From contig NC_087437.1 of assembly GCF_036321535.1 (NCBI RefSeq), positions 27,406,001 to 27,470,000 of the forward strand: a DNA stretch of 64,000 nt, read 5' to 3'. Of the stretch, positions 54,853 to 64,000 are shown in pieces. Within the stretch, counting starts at the first letter, position 1. Every line of letters begins with the position of its first letter. The DNA is from Camelus dromedarius. Its lineage: Eukaryota. The position numbers were made by a program, and so were the translations under genes. Below the pieces are notes generated by a model, which was given only the letters and a program-made list of their open reading frames with translations, was not told where the DNA came from and did no database searches.

Positions 54853-54940
54853 TTTTTTTTTTTAATGTAAGTACTGGGGACTGAACCCAGGACTTGTGCA
54901 TGCTAAGCATGCACTCTACAACTGAGCTATTTCCCTCCCC
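54853..54940 (-). mobile_element. tRNA-Ala-derived SINE (camelid Vic-1-like)
   Basis: gtactggggactgaacccaggacttgtgcatgctaagcatgcactctacaactgagctat with poly-T. Confidence 0.85.
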
Positions 54941-55724
54941 TCTGTAACTCTTAAGGTTTTATTTTTCATCCTATTTGAGTTATTTCTTTTTTTAATATTA
55001 AAATACTTATTCAATTGAAAAATCATACATACAAATAAAAAGAAATCAAACATACAAGTAAATTTCTACACTTCTTTTCTGTTTCCCAGAGGTGACCATT
55101 ATTGAAAGTTTTTATATCACTTCTGATCTTTTTATATGCGTACATGTATACACAAACATGTAATTGACAATTTGCTAAACCATCAACTGAAATATTTAAG
55201 TGATGTGAAAGAGAATGGAAGCATTTTCTACAGATTTTTCTGTTGACCAAATGCAGTGTGTTTAGTTTTGTTTTTTTCCAATCTTAATACCTTTTAAACA
55301 TCACAACTACATTTATGTATGTGTTGTAATTTGTGTTCCCTTTTTTTTTTGTGGTAAAATATAACGTAAAACTTATGTTAACATCTTTGAGTGTATAATT
55401 CTTTGGCATTAAATACATTCACATTGTTGTGCAAATATCACTACCATCTATAAAACTTTTCATGTTCCTTAACTTAAATATTTAAAGAAAAAGTAACATT
55501 TTGTGTGCACGTTTCCTTGAGGCTGAAGTATTCATATTAATAGTAGTTAGCTGACAGGTAACATCCCGTCATTTTTGCGCTGTAGTCGACTGAAGCTGCT
55601 AGTGTTCAGCAGTTAGCCTCTTACCAGTTTCTTAGGTTATTTATAAACAGGCCAAGGTCATATTTGAGCACATAGCTTTTGCTCTTTAGGATAACTTCCC
55701 AGCAGTGTATTACTTGATTAGAAG

Positions 55725-56116
55725 GTGCATTAGCCTACTAGGGCTGTTAGGATGAAATGCCACAAACTGAGTGGCGTAAGCAACAGAAATTTGAGTTTCT
55801 GAGAAAGTTCATTTTCTCCCAGTTCTGGAGGCTGCAAGTCCAAGATCAAGGTCTCAGCAGGTCTGGTTTCTCCTGAGGCCTCTATCCTTGGCTCGTACGT
55901 GGCTGCTGTCTCACTGTGTCCTGAACGGGCTTTTCTGTGCAGGTGTCTCTGGTCTTCTCCCTCCTAGAGTGGCGCTAGTCATACTGGATTTGGCCCCACC
56001 CTTAGGACCTCACTTAACCTCAGTTACCTCTTTAAAGTCTCTGTCTCCAAATAGTCACATTGGGGGTTAGGGGTTCAGTATCTGAATTTTGGGAATAAAC
56101 GATTCAGTCTGTAACA
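55725..56116 (-). mobile_element. MaLR LTR (MLT1A-like)
   Basis: cagttctggaggctgcaagtccaagatcaaggt...ctgtctccaaatagtcacattgggggttaggg...attcagtctgtaaca. Confidence 0.85.
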
Positions 56117-56429
56117 GGAAGTATGAATGTTTTATGTCTCTTAATAGGAACTGCCAAATTGTTCTTAATTGTATCAAGTCTTATGTCAGTTTAAATAAAT
56201 GAAGAAATGGAAATAACACCCATTACAACTTCTGCTGCTCTCACCCTTCCTGTGAGATTTACTCAGGGATTCAGACCTTCTGAGGGGAATTTGATCTTAT
56301 AAATATGGAATACATGAACTGTGGTGTAGCCCGTAAACCTTTTTCCATTTTCTTACGAAATGAATCATTTTCAAAATAGCTTTGGATGAAGGGAAACAAG
56401 TTTTAAATTAAACCTTATCTCTCATACCT

Positions 56430-56930
56430 TCTCTGAGGGAGTATAAATAGGCATAAACCTTTTGGAGGGCAGTTTGACAACGCTGATTAAAATGACAGAA
56501 TCATACAGTCTGAATTCTGGAAATTTATCCAAAAGCTATAGCTATACATGTATGAAATAAGTAGGAAAGGCCATTCATTTTAAGCTCATTTGTAATAGCA
56601 AAAGTTCGAAACAAACACTCTAAATGTCCATTGACAGGATCTTGATTAAATCAAATGTGGTACATCCACACAGTACATTATTATGTCTGTAAAAATGAAT
56701 GAGGATGCTCTGCAAATGCAAATGTGGAAGGCTTTCAGACATTAACAAAATGTACCTAAGGTATACATGTAAGAAAGAGAAAAATAATATATTCATGTTT
56801 GTTCATGTGTACTCACACGAAGAAACACTGGAAAGACACATAAGAAACTAATCAAAGTGGTTACTTGGACGTAGACATTCAGATTTTGGGGTGAGGCTCT
56901 TTTTTGATTTTGGAATAAGATGAATATATT
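56430..56930 (+). mobile_element. Ancient L1 (L1ME-type) 3' fragment
   Basis: ttttggagggcagtttgacaa...tttgtaatagcaaaag...ctaaatgtccattgacagga...tgtggtacatccacacag. Confidence 0.7.
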
Positions 56931-58725
56931 GTTGTTAAAATGTATTCTCATGTTTTGATTTTTTTCTTGTCCTAATGTGCATTTTCTCTGGTCTTGCTTG
57001 TTTGGAAACTTTGACTTTGTTTACAGTTATGCAATTGTTCACAAGATGTGTTAGGAAGTGAAACATATATATCACTGTGTTCCATTGCTGCTGTTAAATA
57101 CATAGGAAAGAGTATAATTGCAAAAGAGATTGCCCAGACTTTTTTTAAAACAATTTTTGCAAATCTCTTTAATGATTGGCTTGATTTAATTGAATAATCT
57201 TTTCAGATCACTGTGGATAGTCTTCTTTGATAGTACTCAGAGGAATTTAAAATTTTTTTAGACCTTTGTTTATTATGACGAAAATGCTCTTACATAATTG
57301 CAGATAAGAGAACTTCTAAATATAAAACAGTCTACATAGTTTAGGTGTCTTGTGCCCTTGGTGTTAAGACCAAATATTGATTGAGAAATTTAAAGGTAAA
57401 CAATTTGTTACTCTTGGCTGCTTGTTTTCAGATAAGTGTTTCTTGCTGAATTTTTGCATTTAATTTGTTCTCTGTTTGGACATTCTACGAACTTTGCTTA
57501 AAAAAACATACTATGAAGTTTAAAAAAAAGTAAAGCTCATACTTCTTTTTTTCTAATTACTCTAATCTTTATTAGCATAGTACATCAACACAGCAAACAG
57601 ACTTTTTTTTTATTGTACATCAATTACAAGGATCAAGGAATGCCAGTTCACATTAAAAAAAAATTGTACCAGCTTTTCACCCTGGTAGATAAACTTGGTT
57701 AATTGCTTACAACTGTGTTCCAACCTATAGACTAATTGTTTATTGACTCATGAGCATTAACTCATGCTCATGGCATGATTCTTATTTTGCTTCAGCAGGG
57801 TAGGTATCTTGCTTTAATCTTGATTGCAACTGTCTGCTACCCTTTACTGAAGGTACTTATTAGAAATTGTTGTTCACATTCCTATTATTAAGAAATTCCC
57901 AGGGGACAAAATGTGATGCTTTGATTGGATTCTTGGAAATTCCAGCAGGTTTTCTGTGGATTCACTTCATATTTAGATCTCACTCAATATCCGCTTCCTT
58001 CTTGTCCCTTTCTCTTCCCTTTTATTTGGTTAATGTGAAAACGCTGGTCATTCACAGAAGCTCCCTCTGCCACTTTGCTCCACTCAGAGCAAGCAGCGCT
58101 GGCTTTCTCTTGGAACACTTGCACTCATGAAATTGGCAGCCCAGTCAAAAATGTTGATACTTAATTTAATTGAACCTTTTGTAATTTGCCATTTAAATAA
58201 ATTAGATTTCTCCAGGCTCTTTTTTTTTTTTTTTAAAGCACTGAGTGTAAATACAGAGTTTCCTTTCCAAAAATATGTGCTATCAAGATGAGACAAGACA
58301 AGAATGATTGCTGTGTGATTACCAGGCTCTGCTTTTGTGTGCAACACCTCTCTGGAGGAAGATTCTCTCCAAATGGGTGTGTAGTCTGAAAAAGGAGAGG
58401 TACAGCTAAAGATTAAAGCAGAACCCCATCTCTTGAAATTTATTCAGGATGTAATTAATTTTATCTTAGAGATTTTTTTCAAAGGCTCTTCTTTTTTCCT
58501 TGAAGTTCTCGTTAGCAGTGAAACAAAGGTACTGTGGGAGTTTTTGCACTTTATTAGTGTAAGGAAATCACAACTCTTGGCTTCAGGGACTTAGATTCCC
58601 AATTTATTTTTCAATGGGCTCTTTAAAGACTTTTAGTTAAAACAACAGAAATAAAATACTAATATTTACTAACATACCTGCCTATTGTCTTTAAACTTTT
58701 TTCTTTTTTCCTCTTGTTTCCACAG

Positions 58726-58917
58726 ATTGGAGCTTATTTTAGCAGCATATTAGCTGAGAAACTAAAGCTTAACACTTTCCAGGACACCGGAAAGAAGAAA
58801 CCACAAGTTAATGCTAAAGATAATTATTGGCTGGTTACTGCTCGATCCCAGAGTGCGATTCATAGTTGGTTCTCTGACTTAGCAGGAAATAAACCACTTG
58901 CTATTTTGGCGAAAAAG
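58726..58917 (+). CDS. MED12L: MED12L coding exon 3 (aa 69-132)
   Basis: [64 protein letters not shown]; long polypyrimidine acceptor ...ccacag|, donor AAG|GTATGA; 192 nt. Confidence 0.98.
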
Positions 58918-60164
58918 GTATGAAGTATCTCTTGCATTGTTTTAATTGAGGCCTTATAGAAATGAAGATATTTGAGATAATGTTCAAGCATATATTTCTT
59001 TTCCCCAGTTCTCTCCAAACCTCAGTCTCAGTGACAGGTATCCTGCACCAGGTGTGCGCTGCACATAGGCTGTTTCCCCCTTCATTTTGACGCCATGTGG
59101 TGCCTGGGACAGACTGTAGACCTGTAGACCTAAACAATCCGCACATGAGGCTGTTTATGTGGATATTCGGTAGACAAGTTTTTAAAATCAAGAAGAGGCA
59201 ATGAGACTTCACTTATTTCTGTTCCATTTTCAGTTTTCTTAGGTCAGGATGTCCAAAATGTGTTAAATAGAAATCCTTGCTTTAATGTTATTTCCTTGTC
59301 TTGAAAAGTATCCATCCAAATTCTTAAACTAAGTCTCCTTCCCAACAAGTGAAATAAAGGTAGTGATTCTGTGTGTGCTGGAAAAACGTCTCTGAAGAAG
59401 TTTCAGAACAAAACAAGCAGGCTTACTTGTAGCTCCTAGCTTTTTTGAGTGGAGAGAGAAGGGGACTGCGGGGAGGGGAGGGAGGGTTCTTTTAAAATCT
59501 TTGCCTTTGATCATTTTCCTCGAGTGGGAAATACTACACAGATTCAACAGTTTTACAGTCCCAATAATATGAAATGTCTTTTGATATTTAGCTAAGAGCT
59601 AGAAACTTCCTTCTTAGTCTTGATCTCTGACTTCTTGCACACCTTTCAGATAATCCCCCAGGTCTTTCTCATCTCCCCTAAAACCCTTTAGTTTTAGGGG
59701 AGCCCCTCTTCTGTTCTTCATACTGTTTCCACGAATGGTTTGGTGCAGGCCGAGTTTGGAGGAGAGCTTCCTGTGTGATTTTGTGTGTTTGTTTTCTAAA
59801 GCAGCTCTTTGCAAACAATGCCTGTGGCTCCCGTTGGCTTTATTTTGCCCTAGTGTCAGAGCATTGTGTTGCTTTTCATAGATTTTAAGTGGTTGAAGGC
59901 AGCTGAAATCCTTGGAAAGCACGACAATCAGCTTAACCCTCTCTTGCTACTCAGGTGGTGCCTCTCTCTCCACACAGGCTGACCCGCACAGCATTTCTTT
60001 TCCAGTGGTGAACCTTTACCACGTGGGCCCGCGGTGGCCTGTGAATTGTATCTGAAGGCCATAGAAGTCAAAGGCCGACCTTCAAAATTCAGTGGCTTTC
60101 TACCAATAGTTCATACACTCCATGTTGGTTAGTACCTGCAACTCCCAGGTCGCCAGCCTGACAT

Positions 60165-63100
60165 CTTTCTTTTTAGATTTTTCTTTCTTTCTTTCTTTTT
60201 TAATTAATAAGCTTTTAGAATGCATTTTTGGGGGTATTTCCTGAAAGTGAACTAGCGAGGGATTGATGCCCTTGATTTAGGGGTGTAATGGTCTCTGTCT
60301 GTTAGGAGGGAGGTGGACTTTGGTGCAGTGTGTTAGCCATTGTTCTTCTCTCTTTATTAGGAGCTGCCTCTGGCCAAGTCAGGTGTCCCTCAGGTAAGCC
60401 TGACATTCATTCTTGGCAAAGTTGAAGATGTCATCTTTGTAAAACCATTTGAATACACCTTGAAGTATTCATTTCTTGGGCATTTCAAGAGTCATTCCTT
60501 CCCATCCTTTCCTCATCATTTCATCTTCTTGAGATGGTGAACGCTCTTTCAGAGTCTGGTAAAAGGTTGCATTCTCTGCATGTTCTTCCTATTGGAAAGT
60601 TGAAATACTTCTTTAATTTCTGGTATTCATCTGTGAGATGGCTTAATACAGAAGACCTTCGTTTTCCTGCTCAGATCCTGAGTCATCTTCCAGCTCTGAT
60701 GTAGAGTTCAAAACAGTTTCCCAAATGGGATGGATCAGATTTCCGGACCTGGTTTTCTGTTACTATAAAGCTCCACAGATCTCCAAGTATTCAGCCACAG
60801 AGAGGGGTCAACAGTGACCTGTAAAAGGCCTTTTAATTCAATCACGGTCATAGCTAGATTTGGGAAAGGGGACTTCTTGCTGGAAGGGATGTCCTTCTAG
60901 GTCTTGAGCAGTTCACCAGGGGTGATGTGTTCACTTCAGGCAACTTGGATTTCTGTGGTCTCCAGAGTTCCCGTCCGCCTCTACCACTGCCTAGCAAACA
61001 GAGGATGCAGACGGCAACCAGCATGTGAGGGGAGAGGCAGTACCAGGGCAGCCCGTTTGTGATGGAAAACCATCACGTGCTAGGTGTCTTAGTTTTCTTT
61101 TGGTACTTAGATGCACTTCCAGCTTGATTTAGAAACCAAACAGCTGCCCAGGGATTGCCTAAGTTCAGCTACAAGTTGAAATCAGATGGTTTCTTGGCTG
61201 AAAATGGGATCCATCACAGTGGGAAGTCATACTTGAGTCAGTGTAAACATATTTTCCTTCCTGAGTTGGCCCAAACTGTAAATTTGACAAAGCCATCAAA
61301 ATGTGTCTTCTTCCTTAATTAAGTAACTTTTCTTCACATATGTTCTCCTGAATTCTAAAGCCCTTCATTTCAGTCAACCATTTCTCTAAGGGTTCTGCCA
61401 GTCGGGGCAGTGAGTGAGAGCGTGGCCTTGTTCTGTTAATATAAGATTCAGTTTTGTTTGCTATTTCATCTAAACGTTTCACATGTTGAGAACATCCCTT
61501 CCCCCTTAACCCCCTTCTTGTCAGTTACTGTTCCAGAGAAATCCTTTAGGCATCCATAAAGGTGCTGTTAGTAATGTTTCTTTGGAGACGCCAACTTTAC
61601 TTTTTGCATTTGCCTATTTTTTAGACCTTGATCTTATATATAGTCTTCTGGTACATCTGAATGAGAGGGAACCTGACCCTGACAGCTGAAATCTGACTCC
61701 CTGATACCATACTATATGTACTGGTGAGAAACAGCAGCTCTGGTCGTGAACTGAATGTATAAGTCTGTGGCTTTCTTGTCCCTGGCCTCGACAACAGTAA
61801 ACTCAGAGCCTTGTGCTCCATGAAGGATGTGCCTTGTGAGCCAAAATTTCAGGACATTTTCTTGTTAGGTTGTGTCGCTGTGGCCTGCAGAAAGGAAGCC
61901 CTGCGTCTTTAGCCTCCCCTGGAGTTCTGTGCGTGCAGTGTAGTTGCCTCTGTCCTGAGGGTTACATTCTAAAGTCAGCAAGCAAGGCGGGAACTGTACA
62001 CAGTCAGAAGTCTATTCAATTGCCCGTGAAATACAGGATATGGACACACCGCATCTCCTGCCCAACTAGGCAGCTTTCCTTCATCATTCAAACAGCTTGA
62101 TGTTTCTTTTGGAAGAACCACGTGAAATAACTTGTTTTAAAGGGAGGGCTGTGTACAGAAAACACGTACTTTTTAATTCTAGAATCACACTTTGTACCAA
62201 GATTGTGAATACTCAGATTTGTACCATATGTATAATGCAAAAAATTCACTGTCTAAATGCGGACTTGACTAAGAGAAAAATGCCGTGCTATATCAATCAG
62301 TTCACTGGTTTGAAGCTTTGATTTTCAACACAAAATCAAGCAAGAGTTTGGGGCATAGAGACCGGGCTAGTCATGTCCGTGGTTGTGGTTTCCAGGATCC
62401 TCATAGAAGAGAAGGTTAGGTCCATGGCTTGGAAACACCTTGGCGGGGGCATGGAAAAATCCTTGGAACTGGGAACAAACTGAAAGTTGTTATAATTTTG
62501 ATACATGAAATTCTTTTGCTTTATCCTTCTAACCCTCCTGGGCGGCGGACAGGGTTGGTATTGTCACATTGATAAAGAGTCTGGGAGTGATGGATTTAAC
62601 CATATAGGTGGGGGCCAGGAACGGTACACAGGGGTGCTCATCATGGGTGTGGGGGCATGCCCACTTCTCTGTCTCACTTTTTCCATCCTGCTGCCTTGCA
62701 GCCAACATACTCTTTATCCACTGTGTTACTCTGTATTGATAAATTGGATAGATCATATTTAGATGAATGGGCTATTCCTAGGATATTTATGAGGAATTCT
62801 AGAAGAGTGGATTAACTCTTTCAAGCCATTCAGCAGTTCATTGGGATACTAATTTGCTAAATAGTATCTTTGTGGTCTGGAAGAAATAATTAACTGCCCC
62901 AAGTGCCTACTTTCAACTAGTGAATTAATTATCCAGCTATTTCCAGCTCAGTGCTTATTAGGCAGATCCACTGATTCATCCCTTTAGCCTCTATTTTAAA
63001 TTTTGGGCTAAGGGCACTTTTAGAAGCTTTCTGGAAATTGTCATTCTTATGAAATATTACAGTTGAAAAACTTTATACAAAAGTGTTCTTCGATAAAGTG

Positions 63101-63353
63101 CAGAGTAGTGATAGCTTTTCACTTGATCTGTCCCTTCCAATTTTGAGATAAATTCCTTGGAGGACTGTCAGGAAATTATTTTCCCTATTTTGTTGATATG
63201 ATGAGTGGCTTTAGGCATCTGAGAATTTGAAAATAATTTGTTTTCATAAGTAAGAGAGCACAACTGATAAAACTGTGTTGCCAACGTGCTAAACATAGTT
63301 TGATTCTTTTCTCTTACAATTTGCTTATATATATATTTTTTTTCAAACTGCAT
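60165..63353 (-). pseudogene. Putative decayed intronless gene or retroelement ORF1 fossil (ZCCHC3 / L1-Tx1 ORF1-like), antisense in a MED12L intron
   Basis: Manual translation gives long protein-like frames with scattered stops and frameshifts, motifs resembling ZCCHC3 in the correct order, and three eroded CCHC knuckles. Not database-confirmed. Confidence 0.5.
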
Positions 63354-63487
63354 GTGCTGTTTGAAAACCCATTCAGGGTATACTTTGTTATAGCCAGCAG
63401 GAACTCAGTCTCTTTCTTTTGCTTCCCTTTTCTTGCCTAGCGACAGACATAATCTGTGATGATTAAAAATATGTTATTTCTTTTTAG

Positions 63488-63647
63488 GTCCCCATCTTTA
63501 GTAAAAAAGAAGATGTTTTTGCATATTTAGCTAAGTATTCAGTGCCAATGGTTCGAGCAACGTGGCTGATCAAGATGACTTGTGCCTATTACTCTGCTAT
63601 TTCTGAAGCGAAAATTAAGAAACGTCAGAGTACTGATCCCAATTTGG
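63488..63647 (+). CDS. MED12L: MED12L coding exon 4 (aa 133-185, Med12 domain)
   Basis: [53 protein letters not shown](E); acceptor tttctttttag|, donor TGG|GTAAGT; 160 nt. Confidence 0.98.
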
Positions 63648-64000
63648 GTAAGTGAGACAGTATGATATGTCTTACATTTCACCAGTGATTCTGTGAGTAA
63701 TTGTTTCCTGTGCCTGCGGTACACAGTGGCGAGGTGAGTCCTGAGAAGGCCAGGGGTCGCCTGTGGAGTGGGTGGGGGGCTGGTCCTGCTCACCCAGGGG
63801 CAGATCCCGGATTCCATCAGCAAGTCCTGTTGCTCTGCCCTCCAGAACGCTCCGGTCTGCACACCTTTCACCACTGCAGTTGCTGAAATGCTGCTTCAAG
63901 CCCCGCTCATCTCTTGGCTCGGCTACGGTGGCAGCCTCCTAACTGGCCTTCCTGCCCTTTTTTTTGCTCCTCACATTCTGTTCTAGTCTCCCCACAACTG

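Noticed and set aside
61059..61076. Hairpin GTGATGG-aaaa-CCATCAC
   Set aside because: A 7-bp stem is expected by chance, and no ncRNA context is evident.

Overview
Mammalian genomic DNA, most likely a camelid (three tRNA-Ala-derived SINEs resemble camelid Vic-1). The window holds about 25 kb of repeat-rich upstream sequence, then a CpG-island promoter at ~25.2-27.4 kb and the 5' end of MED12L on the + strand. MED12L shows a probable non-coding first exon and four coding exons (26919-27017, 53202-53306, 58726-58917, 63488-63647; 99+105+192+160 nt, all GT-AG). The gene runs off the window. Most of the rest is old interspersed repeats (L1, L2, MIR, MaLR/ERVL LTRs, hAT MERs), with family names assigned from memory of consensus sequences. 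The most unusual signal is a ~3.2 kb repeat-free segment on the - strand inside the last visible intron (~60.2-63.35 kb). It reads as a decayed intronless gene with ZCCHC3 / L1-Tx1 ORF1-like motifs and three eroded CCHC knuckles. Also noted: a candidate 33-nt in-frame MED12L micro-exon, two uORFs, and a convergent CTCF motif pair flanking the promoter. No database searches were run.
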